From Monocercomonoides exilis PA203 (lineage: Eukaryota; Protista; Preaxostyla), in NCBI GenBank assembly GCA_001643675.2, contig LSRY02000029.1:744001-808000 (forward strand): a stretch of 64,000 bases of DNA, given 5' to 3'. Below the pieces are notes generated by a model, which saw only the letters and a program-made list of their open reading frames with translations, was not told where the DNA came from and searched no databases. Below, piece after piece: positions 24,455 to 36,200 of the stretch (positions are counted from its first letter, which is position 1; each line of letters begins with the position of its first letter). The position numbers and the translations under genes are program-made.

Positions 24455-26400
24455 CTAAAATGGCAGGTTTGTGAGTTTTGATTTTCCAGCAACTGTGTTC
24501 GTGGATAATTCAGGAACGTTTTCCGGATGAGAGAATTGGCTGCTAATATGTTTGTGTGCTGCGTTGCTTGTAAATGGTTGATATGACGAGAAGTTATGCA
24601 TTGTTGGAAGAGGTGACTGAGCAAGTCGTGGAATGAAACGAGGAGGAGAGCTTATGGAATGTTGAAGTGGATATTGAAATGAAGAAATTGAAGAATGAAT
24701 TGCTTCAGTTGATGTTTGAGGCGAAGATGAGGATGAAGTGTCGTGTGTGGAAATTAGTAGGTGGCGAGGCAATGTTGATGAAGAAGAGCTGGCTGAAGGA
24801 TTTGATGATGAGGAGAGAGAACTGGAAGCAGAATGAGGTACAAAATTGGCATGTGGAGAAGGAGAAGAAACATGGTAAACAGGAGCAGAAATCAATCCAG
24901 TCTTTTGTTGTGTGTTCAAATGTGCAGATGTGCTCGAACAGACTGAAGGCATCGTAGGAACAGAAGGAGAGCATTGTTGTTGAGTAGAGGAAATAGGCAA
25001 AGAATGAGTTGAAGCAAACGAGGAAGAGCTAAACGAAGGAGTTACAGTTTGCTGTGTGAAGTGTGCTGATGCATAATCAGAAAGCTGAGAAAATCCTTTT
25101 TCGTCTTCAATGTCCATCTTGCATGAGTGACTCGCTGACGTTTCAGTAGCCTTTCCAAAATCCTTCTTTTCTTCTATTTCCATTTTCATCCTCGCATCGC
25201 TCACGAACTTTCTTGATTCAGTCAAAGAATCTGTTGTTCCAACGCTCTTTGAGGAACAACTTTGGTGTTCTTGTTTATGCAAGTCATACGTGTGATCTCG
25301 TTCATCAACTTTTGCGCAGTTGTGTTTGATCTCTCCTTCATCCTCTTCTTTGTCCATCTCTGATGATTCTGCTGCTTTGCTTATCGTTTGGCCACTGAAC
25401 AATCTTCGAAACTCTTCAGTGGTATTTTCCACAATAAATGGATGCGCCATCACTTCTTTCATTTCCAATCGATCTTCTCCTTTGATTTTGAGCAGATTTC
25501 CTATCAAGTCTTCAGCTTCTGGAGATATTGCCCAAGGAAACGTGTATTGGGCTTTCTTTATACGTTCCACGGAAACTCCTCCTCCTTTGTTGGTAAAAGG
25601 ACAACTGCTGAATAGCATTTCGCAAATTAATACCCCTAAACTCCAGCAATCGCACTTATGAGTATATGGTTGCTTTAACAACATTTCTGGTGGTATGTAA
25701 TCTGGCGTTCCAATGACTGTCATACGTCCTTTATCCATTTCATTCGCAGCACATCCGAAATCAGTCAATTTTAACTCTCCATTTTTTCCTATAAGAATGT
25801 TTTCTGAGGTTAATTTTTGCAAAAAAAATAATAAATAATGTTACTTTGAGCAGAAAAAAAAAAAAGATCGCAAACCTGGCTTCAAATCCCGATGCATCAT
25901 ATTTTTTGAATGAAGATAATTTAGTGCACTTGCAATTTGATAAAGATACTATAAAAATGACGATTATTAAAAGCATATGACAATTATCCACAAACTTTTG
26001 CAGCAACAGGTTCTGGAAATTTTCTATATTTTCTCAAGAGCGCATAAAAATCTCCATATGGAAGATATTCCATTAACAAAAAGATATTATGTTCATCTGT
26101 GAAGTAATCATAATACTTCACAATGTTTGGATGGCTTAGAAAAATTATGAACGATAATTAAAAATAAAAAATGTTTCATGAATATTGAATCACAAACTTC
26201 ATAAGAATCATTGCGCTAATTTCTCTAATAGCAACAAATTCGACTCCCCTTTTTAAAAGTTCATCTTTCTTCATTCTTTTCAATGCACACACAAATTTTG
26301 TTGATTTCTCTCGAACAACATAAACTGAGCCATATTGCCCTTTTCCAATTTGCATTCCAATTTCAAAATCAGACAACTTCCATTTACGACGTTGTTCCAT
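24455..26400 (-). CDS. Aurora-like Ser/Thr protein kinase (multi-exon) with a Ser-rich tail
   Basis: WKLSDFEIGMQIGKGQYGSVYVVREK, ALK, REI, HPNIVK, HRDLKPENIL, DFG, GTPDYIPPEM and DCWSLGV motifs across GT-AG-spliced exons. Confidence 0.88.
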
Positions 26401-26575
26401 TGCTTTTTCAAATAAACAAAAAATTTTCAAAAAAACAAAGAAAAATAATTGTAATTATGATCATGTTTAAATAAATTTTTTGAATCAAAAAAATAAAAAT
26501 ACTGAGAATATTTAATGATTATATCAGCATTCAAAATCAATTGAATTGTTTTGATCTATTCATGAATTTTTTCTT

Positions 26576-27088
26576 CTAATCAATGTTTTCGTCCACATCT
26601 TGAACAGTTCCAAGTGAAGAAATGTTTTTAATAGATAATCCGCTAGATTTTTTATTATCCAATTTTCCTATTATAATTACTCCGGGCAATCTTGCGCAAT
26701 TTATATGAGGGTGATATCTACCTGTGCAGAAATGAAATATACTTTAATGTTTTTGATATATAATGTTTCATACAAAATGTTTCTGTTCCATCTTTCCCTC
26801 CTAATCTGTTAATTGCAGTTTGACCTGGTCGGTGCTTAAAATTAGAAACATCGTAAACAATTCCCTTGATGGCAATCCTTTTTAAAAATTTAAAATTAAA
26901 TTTTTATTTATGCATTATATTTCAAAAGATAATAATTTGAACCATAAATCTCCTGGCATGCAGTGCTTCATAAGCTCCTCTTCGGTTATTAAACGTTCTC
27001 CTGACTGTTAAATCATCAAGAAAAATGAAATTGATTATTTAAAAAAGTTGAACTTCCCAAATTAATAGCAAACAAAAGATGCTGACAT
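26576..27088 (-). CDS. Cytochrome b5-like heme-binding protein, copy 1 (4 exons)
   Basis: Mirror copy of the gene at 29826-30338. Confidence 0.85.
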
Positions 27089-27219
27089 TCAAATGTTTTA
27101 CACTGTAAATTTGAGAATTAGAATGAAGTGTGAAGATTTATTGATCAAAAGAAGAAAGTTCAATTGATCCTTTTAATTTTAATCAATAAAAATTTGAAAA
27201 TAGAAAAACCAAAAAGAAC

Positions 27220-27292
27220 TGCCTAGTGCAGGGCTCGAACCTGCGACCGTTGCCTTATTAGAGCAACGCTCTACCGACTGAGCTAACCAGGC
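27220..27292 (-). tRNA. tRNA-Ile(AAT), copy 1
   Basis: Reverse complement of 29622-29694; complete cloverleaf. Confidence 0.95.
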
Positions 27293-29621
27293 CGGTTGAT
27301 GAAGAGTTCTTTCGGTTACTGGGAAATACTTTCATTATATTTAATCTTTGTAAAGAAATAATTTGTAAAAATGTTTAAAATATTTGTATGAATTTGGGAG
27401 AAATAATGTTTTAGTGACAAAAGAGTTTTGTTTGAAAAGAGCAAATTTTTAAAATGAAATACCACCCTTGCCTTTTTAAAATAGCTGTTGTTTCGCGATC
27501 CTTCGTCCTTATTGTTTGGATTTTTTGGGAATGACAAAAAATTAAAATGGACATGATCTTTTCATCTTATTCGTCTTTAGCTCATTTCGGAATTAAAAAG
27601 CAAAGCATTTTGGAAACAGAATATTTAAAAGTCTTCTTTATATATTGTTTTTATATTTGAAATCTATTTTTGAAAATCCATTTTAAATATCTGGAAACAC
27701 TAATATTCTTTTTATTTTTGTTTATTTACAGATTTTGAAAGAAAAAATAACCAAAACAGAAAATTATATGCTTTTTTATTTGCTCATTCGTCGAAGGAGG
27801 GAGCAAGAATGTGGAGAGGAAGAGACAGGGAAGCATGGAAGGATGAAAAAGAAAATGAAGATGATGATAATGATGAAATAGAAGATGAGATAAATCTTTG
27901 ATTCATTGCATAACAGTTCAATCCAAATTTTGTTTTTCAAAGATAATCTTGATTTGTCATGGCAATGCTGTGACTTGCTCTGTAACACATGCAAAACGAG
28001 TTGATCGTCTTTATTCATTCTTAAATTTTCTTTTTATTTTTCATTTGGATGATTTTTTTTGAAATCATATTTATTCTTTCAAAATTTTTGAACCCTAATT
28101 TTCTTTTGAATGCCAACAAATGAACACTGAAAAGTGAACAGGCATATTCAAGATCTCTTTATTTTAATTTCAAATCATGCATTTGTTTTGGAAACAGTTG
28201 TATAATTATAGCATTTGAATACAAAATATTATCCCAAAGGCAAACAATCTTTGAAAAATCAGCACCCCGAAAAAAGATATGATTTCAAAAAAAATATATT
28301 TTATAATTTGCAATTCAAGAAGATTATAACAATCATAATATATTTGATGATGATGCCGATCCTTTTTGAAATCATTCTTTCGTTCGAATTTTGATCAAAA
28401 ATTTCACTTTCATTAAGAGTTGTGTGAAAATTTGTTTTTGCAATTACAATATCGTATTCAATAAGTTTTGCGGATAATAACTCATTTTCTTCAAAATTCT
28501 CATTTGTCCAATAATATTGATCAAAATTCGAACGAAAGAATGATTTCAAAAAGGATCGGCATCATCATCAAATATATTATGATTGTTATAATCTTCTTGA
28601 ATTGCAAATTATAAAATATATTTTTTTTGAAATCATATCTTTTTTCGGGGTGCTGATTTTTCAAAGATTGTTTGCCTTTGGGATAATATTTTGTATTCAA
28701 ATGCTATAATTATACAACTGTTTCCAAAACAAATGCATGATTTGAAATTAAAATAAAGAGATCTTGAATATGCCTGTTCACTTTTCAGTGTTCATTTGTT
28801 GGCATTCAAAAGAAAATTAGGGTTCAAAAATTTTGAAAGAATAAATATGATTTCAAAAAAAATCATCCAAATGAAAAATAAAAAGAAAATTTAAGAATGA
28901 ATAAAGACGATCAACTCGTTTTGCATGTGTTACAGAGCAAGTCACAGCATTGCCATGACAAATCAAGATTATCTTTGAAAAACAAAATTTGGATTGAACT
29001 GTTATGCAATGAATCAAAGATTTATCTCATCTTCTATTTCATCATTATCATCATCTTCATTTTCTTTTTCATCCTTCCATGCTTCCCTGTCTCTTCCTCT
29101 CCACATTCTTGCTCCCTCCTTCGACGAATGAGCAAATAAAAAAGCATATAATTTTCTGTTTTGGTTATTTTTTCTTTCAAAATCTGTAAATAAACAAAAA
29201 TAAAAAGAATATTAGTGTTTCCAGATATTTAAAATGGATTTTCAAAAATAGATTTCAAATATAAAAACAATATATAAAGAAGACTTTTAAATATTCTGTT
29301 TCCAAAATGCTTTGCTTTTTAATTCCGAAATGAGCTAAAGACGAATAAGATGAAAAGATCATGTCCATTTTAATTTTTTGTCATTCCCAAAAAATCCAAA
29401 CAATAAGGACGAAGGATCGCGAAACAACAGCTATTTTAAAAAGGCAAGGGTGGTATTTCATTTTAAAAATTTGCTCTTTCAAACAAAACTCTTTTGTCAC
29501 TAAAACATTATTTCTCCCAAATTCATACAAATATTTTAAACATTTTTACAAATTATTTCTTTACAAAGATTAAATATAATGAAAGTATTTCCCAGTAACC
29601 GAAAGAACTCTTCATCAACCG

Positions 29622-29694
29622 GCCTGGTTAGCTCAGTCGGTAGAGCGTTGCTCTAATAAGGCAACGGTCGCAGGTTCGAGCCCTGCACTAGGCA
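29622..29694 (+). tRNA. tRNA-Ile(AAT), copy 2
   Basis: Acceptor GCCTGGT/ACTAGGC; D-stem GCTC/GAGC; anticodon arm TTGCT-CT-AAT-AA-GGCAA; T arm GCAGG-TTCGAGC-CCTGC; downstream T-run. Confidence 0.95.
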
Positions 29695-29825
29695 GTTCTT
29701 TTTGGTTTTTCTATTTTCAAATTTTTATTGATTAAAATTAAAAGGATCAATTGAACTTTCTTCTTTTGATCAATAAATCTTCACACTTCATTCTAATTCT
29801 CAAATTTACAGTGTAAAACATTTGA

Positions 29826-30338
29826 ATGTCAGCATCTTTTGTTTGCTATTAATTTGGGAAGTTCAACTTTTTTAAATAATCAATTTCATTTTTCTTGATG
29901 ATTTAACAGTCAGGAGAACGTTTAATAACCGAAGAGGAGCTTATGAAGCACTGCATGCCAGGAGATTTATGGTTCAAATTATTATCTTTTGAAATATAAT
30001 GCATAAATAAAAATTTAATTTTAAATTTTTAAAAAGGATTGCCATCAAGGGAATTGTTTACGATGTTTCTAATTTTAAGCACCGACCAGGTCAAACTGCA
30101 ATTAACAGATTAGGAGGGAAAGATGGAACAGAAACATTTTGTATGAAACATTATATATCAAAAACATTAAAGTATATTTCATTTCTGCACAGGTAGATAT
30201 CACCCTCATATAAATTGCGCAAGATTGCCCGGAGTAATTATAATAGGAAAATTGGATAATAAAAAATCTAGCGGATTATCTATTAAAAACATTTCTTCAC
30301 TTGGAACTGTTCAAGATGTGGACGAAAACATTGATTAG
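29826..30338 (+). CDS. Cytochrome b5-like heme-binding protein, copy 2 (about 108 aa; exons 29826-29840, 29910-29971, 30037-30140, 30193-30338)
   Basis: Manual splicing gives MSASFSGERLITEEELMKHCMPGDLWIAIKGIVYDVSNFKHRPGQTAINRLGGKDGTETFCRYHPHINCARLPGVIIIGKL..., matching the b5 pattern W.AI.G.VYDV..F.H..G...GKDGT..F..YH. The 5-codon first exon is the least certain part. Confidence 0.85.
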
Positions 30339-31882
30339 AAGAAAAAATTCATGAATAGATCAAAACAATTCAATTGATTTTGAATGCTGATATAATCATT
30401 AAATATTCTCAGTATTTTTATTTTTTTGATTCAAAAAATTTATTTAAACATGATCATAATTACAATTATTTTTCTTTGTTTTTTTGAAAATTTTTTGTCT
30501 ATTTGATGATTATTGAAATGTAATGTTGAATATTATTTTTATACATAAAAAATGAATCGGAAAGATGTGAATTGAATCAATTGGAGATTTTGAACATTTA
30601 GAAATAATTATTTTGGAGTTTATTTTGATTATAATTGATAAAATTTAATTATTTATCTCCAAATGTTTTGCTTTGTTTATAACGAATTTATTTATCATAT
30701 AATTTTGATTGTGTATCAATTTATTATAAAAGTTAGAGTGAAATTAAATTTCTAATTGTGTTTTCATTGTGGAAAATGTTTATTTATTTCCTCCAAAAGA
30801 TATGCTACAGATTTTGCTCATGGAAATTTGTTTATGATTTGTTTTATTTACGAAACAATTCTATCAAATAATTTATTGTTGAAAATTTGGAATTGTGATG
30901 ATTTTCTGTTGAACATTTCAAAAAATTCGAAGTGGATGCAATCAACTCAAATTCCACCAATCAGTGCAATTTGCAGTCATTGAAGATTGGTAATAGAATT
31001 CCAAAAAATCAAAAAAAAAATCCTCACTTCTTTTCTTCTTTTGTATTTTTAATTTATTGTAAAATCATTTATCTTTAACCCATCCAATTTAGTTATGCTT
31101 TTGTAACAAACTTTCTCACAATTTCTTCGATAATTCAATCAGTTAAAATTGACAAATATGTTCATAACAATTTTCATGCTAATTGAAGCAATTTGCATCT
31201 ATGATCATGTTTAAGATGATTCGAATGATAATTGCAATTTCATTTTGAAAATTTTTTGATCCAGTCCAAACAACTTCGAAAATATAATGTTAATATCATT
31301 TAAGAAGCTGAAATGAGCAAGCTTCGCATTGTCCAAAATTACTCATCACAAACAATATCATATCATTTTCTTCTTTGTTCACGCACTTTTTTGAAAATGA
31401 AACTTTCATATTAACATCATTTCTTCATCGGAACTCTGAACAAAAAACAACACACATCATCCACAAATATTAATCAGGAGCTTTTCTTTCTCTCCTTCAA
31501 GAAAAATCTCCTTTACTGTTTTGAATCCATAAAGCCACCATTCATACAAAATTCATTAAGTTTTGATGATATTCAATTCGAAAAAAATTCTTTAACATAA
31601 AAAATTCGATGACGTTTGAATAAATCTTTTGTTCTATCATTTATTCAACTTTAACCAACATTTTCACTGCAAAATGTCTTATGTTTAATTGAAAAATGCT
31701 TTATCCATTTTCACAAGATATGTTTCAACAGCTTTTAACTTCTTTCCCTCAAAAAACCAATTAACTAACAAACACATAAGGATTAATTTCGATGTGAATT
31801 TTTGTTAATCAATTTGTTTCAAAATTTATAAACAAGATACACACATTCAAAATGAAGAAAAATGCTAATCAACAAAAAAAGA

Positions 31883-31956
31883 TGTCCCTGTCCGGGATCG
31901 AACCGGAGACCTTTAGCGTGTAAAGCTAACGTGATAACCAACTACACCACAGAGAC
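31883..31956 (-). tRNA. tRNA-Val(TAC)
   Basis: Acceptor GTCTCTG/CAGGGAC; anticodon arm TTAGC-TT-TAC-AC-GCTAA; T arm TCCGG-TTCGATC-CCGGA. Confidence 0.95.
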
Positions 31957-33289
31957 ATATCAGAAAAAGATTTTTTGCACTTCTGCACATGAAATTCTTT
32001 AATCCAAAAAATTATTTTTTAGTGAATTAAATCAATGTGTTAAATTTCAATAAAATATCGATATAAATGCAATCTTGAATAATCTGTATCACTTTCTATT
32101 TGATTCGTTATGCGTATTCCAAGAAGTTAGACTTTGACATTTCCTCTTTTTGAATAAATAAATCCTCCAAATTAGAAAATATGAAATTGAGTTCCAGTAT
32201 CCATATGTTCTCATTTATTTTATGAAACGAATGCTTCAGATGCAAATTGTAATACGATACTTGTTTTGACTTCGAAATGAATAAAGAAGTTGACTTTACG
32301 AGAATGATTTTGCAATTCAGTTAAAGCTGATTTTTTTTAAATTGTAATTTCACAGATAATTATCCAATTTGATTTAACAGCTTTAAATGCTTAAAAAATT
32401 GCATTTGACGCAACAGAAAAATAATATCATATGTATGCAACATTTCATCGAGGTGATTAAGAATACATCTGCCTAAACATTTGAATTATTAATGGCTAGT
32501 TAAATTTTTATGAATGGATGTTCCAATCTCAGCTTCAATTGCTCCTTTCTTGCTATAAAGATCGAAGAATCTCCAGTTGCAACAAAATTACATCAAACCA
32601 TCAATCTTTATTGTTCTATATTTAGTTTTAGATCAATTGAATCTTCGTCTTCTTATTTTCACAAAATAGAAGAGTTTAGAAAAAGATGATATTTCAAAAT
32701 TCATTGCAAAAATAGGAAAATTCTTCAAGAATAGTCCACATCAATCAAAATACAGCGGATTTACAACATAAGTCCCCTCGTTTAATTTGTTCACAAAACA
32801 TGTTTTGAAGGCAATTGTTCTTGCGAATTCGTTTGACAATATAAAATTTGCTTTTGATTCCAAATTTTTGCGTCATTTAAACCATCTTATCCAAAAAGAT
32901 ATAACTTTGCTCTCATGAGATGATCTTTTCCTTGAAACACACTTGAGCGCAACACATCTTTCTGCTTCCATAGAAATATTACAAACGGTTTCAGTTCCAT
33001 CAATTATCAACAAACAGTATCATGTTGTCAATATGTAATGCATGTGGCTAAAGTTCCCCTAAAGTCTCATTATGAACATCCATTTGTAAAATCGTCTGCA
33101 AAAAATCAAATAAGAAATTAAACTTCCATCTTTTCATTAAAAATGCATTAAAATTCATAGTTCCCCTTTCTCTCTCCTTCTCTCACATTTTCTTTATTCA
33201 AATCTTTTGTCATGATAAAAGATCTTTTCATATTCCTCACAGAAAAAATTTCTTCTTTCACATGATCGAAAATTCCCCATACTTTTTTA

Positions 33290-36200
33290 ATGAAAATTCA
33301 GCCAAAACTGAATTCCATGCTTATATGGAGTATGTGGATGTTGCTTTTGGTAAAATCCTGTGTATCACATGAAATGCATATGCGCAACCAAGACAGAATA
33401 GAGAGCACAATTTCAAGAACGAAAATATTTGCACATTTTTGTTTTGAAAATTCGACTGTTTTAGTTTGGAATAATGCTATTCGGAGCTACGGCAGCGAAA
33501 ATACTGCTATTGAGCAAAGTAAGGGGAACATGGAGCTTCAAAATTGTGAAATCACAGAGCGAGGTGTTGGGGAAGAATGCTTTATAAAAACAGACAGCGA
33601 TATCAGGCTAAGGAACGTTTCATTCGAGCAAAGACATTTATATCATTTACCACATATTTTAATGGCACAGCTTTTTGGAGAATGTGGAAATATATATGAC
33701 TGAGTGCGCATTTAAAGGGCTTTCTCATAAGTTTTGTTTTCCATTTATGTTTTTTGGACAGCTATCGTCAGCGAGCATTTATTATTCACAATTCAGCAAC
33801 ATTACCACGAATGACGAAAGGGAAAAAGGAAGAAGAACTTTCATTAACTCTTCTGAACAACTGAGCAAGAGAACTACAGTTATATCATTGGGGCTTCATA
33901 ACAGCTTGATTGAAAGGACGAAGCAAGTTGGACGCAAATGGCTTTTTGCAGGAATATGCGAACCAAGCTACAGTATGGATTGCAGCAATTGCTCAGTAAC
34001 TGGAGCAAAGGTAGAAATGGGATTTGAGTCAAATATGGATTTCATCTGCTGTGAAAATAGGAATTCTTGCTTAAAGGGGAGATTTAAATCAGTCACATTC
34101 TCAAATGCAAGTATGCAGAAAATAGGAGCTGGGCTTGTTGCGTGGGGAGGGAGAGATGGAAGCTATCTGGAGCTTTCAGATTGTCAGTTTATTGCATGTA
34201 ATTCAAGAGACTCTGGGGAATGTGTAAATTTTGTAAATGGGTCAATGATGGAGATTATAAACACGTCCTTTACGAACATTACAGCGGAACGACCGTTTAA
34301 ATGGAATGGAGGAGCTGTGCGTGCGATCGGAAAGAGGTGCAAAGTGACTTTGAGCAAGAGTGTGTTTACAGAGAGCATAAGCTGGTAAAGCTCGATGGGT
34401 GGTGCAGCAGGATTTATTGTACATTCAGGAGAAGTCAATGTTATCGAATGCATATTTATAAATTGTCGCGAGGAGATTATACAAAACAGCGATGAGAAAG
34501 ATGCGGAGGGAAAAGAGAAATTGTACAAAGGTGGAGGTGGAGGAATTTGTTTTTTGGGATTGAAAAGAGATGCTAAGATAAGGATTTTGAATTGCGAATT
34601 TGCAGATTGCACAAGTTCACTTTGCGGTGGTGCATTATATTTTGGAAGGGGAAATGGAGTAGCATGGAATGTTACGATCAAAAGCTCAGCGTTCATCGGA
34701 TATGCATCTTTGATGGATTATGGAGAGGACGTCTTTTGGAATGCAGGCTCTGAACAGGGATTTAAAATAGAGAATTGTGCGTCTCGGACAAGAGAAGGCA
34801 GAGACAGAGAGGTGGACATTTGGGGCCCATTCATGAGAAGCAGGGCAGGATTAACAGATGAGACAGCTTATGTGAGCGCTTCAGGGTCTGATGGTGCAAG
34901 CTGCGGAGGAAGCGACGCGACTGCATGTCTCACAATTTCGTATGTGCTTACAACTCTTGCATCTTCAACGACAGTGAGTAGAGTTGTTCTTGTCGGAGCG
35001 AGGCAGGAACAGCAAAGATACAAAATAAATCTGACTCAAGAAACGAAGATTGGATGTGCAAGCGATAAGACGGCACAACCGATGAATGTTAGTGCAGATC
35101 CATTTGGAGGCTATGCTGTGATAAATTGCAGCTTGACTGTGGAGAACGTGGAGTATGAGATTATCGATTTGGAAGGAGATCTGTTTTATATTGGAGAAAT
35201 GAATGGAAAGCTGTATCTAACAAACATTACAACGCAATTTGTTGGAGGATTCGATCCAATGGTGTATGCGCTTGTTCGATTTGAGGGAAATACATTGGAA
35301 ATGGTCTCATGTGTTGTGAATTTGTTCAGTTTGTCGAATGTGCCAATCGTAACTAATGCAACATTACCTTCGTCGTTACCTTCTCGAAGCATACTGATGA
35401 AGAACGTCGCATTTTCGAAAGTGAGTTGCAGCAAGGCACAAAGATCATTGCTTACCGTTCCAAAGTGTACGTCTCTGACCTTGAACAATTGCTCATTCAG
35501 CAACGTGTCGTCGACAAACTGCGCAACAGGGGGAGCACTACGAGTAGAGATTAACAGAAGCGATCCCGTACGAATCATCGATACGAACTTTTCATTGTGC
35601 TCAGCCATCCACAGCACAGACACAACAAAGGGAGGCGGCTTGTACTTGCTTTTAACTGTTGCAGGGGATGTAGAATTCACAAATCCGACGTTCGCGAGCA
35701 ACAACGCGGCTGTGGGGAAGGATGTGTTTGTAACATGCGACCTTGCTGATGAAAACAAAACATATATTTATATAATTCTTTCTGAGTAATATGACTACAA
35801 CGATACAAATTGGTGTACTTACGAGACTTCAGCAGGATTTTATGAAGGAGAATTCAAGCCTCTGTTGGTGTTTGGCGTGAGCAAGGCTATGGTAGATGCA
35901 TCTGGAGCAGACACAAAAGCGTGCGGAAAGGAAAGCAGCCCATGCAGTTCGTTGAAGCAGGCATTGAACAGATTGAAACCACCAGAGGATGAACCACCAA
36001 CAGGCGACGGACAGCTATATAAACCCGAACTTACAGTAGACGTAGTATCAGAAGTGAATCTATCTGAGAGCGTGCGAATGGTATCGACAAAGGCTGATGG
36101 GGTATCAGTTGGACGGGGTGGAATTATGTTTGCGGAAGGAGCAGGCGTAGGAGCTGAGTGGATACGGTGCGAAGTTGCTGCGGAATTCTCAATGCTGAAG

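Larger units (their letters stand above)
26408..30506. repeat. Large inverted duplication (palindrome): arms 26408-28398 and 28517-30506, 118-bp unique spacer
   Basis: The arms are reverse complements. By eye I saw only a 1-bp homopolymer indel (about 27435 vs 29478) and one mismatch near the outer end. Identical ORFs at 27776-28018(-) and 28897-29139(+). Confidence 0.95.

Noticed and set aside
27776-29139. Twin 80-aa ORFs MNKDDQLV... in the palindrome arms
   Set aside because: No recognisable domain; their identity merely reflects the duplication.
26408-30506. The palindrome as a foldback transposon
   Set aside because: The arms consist of ordinary host genes, with no modular terminal repeats, no transposase and no evident TSD at the outer ends.
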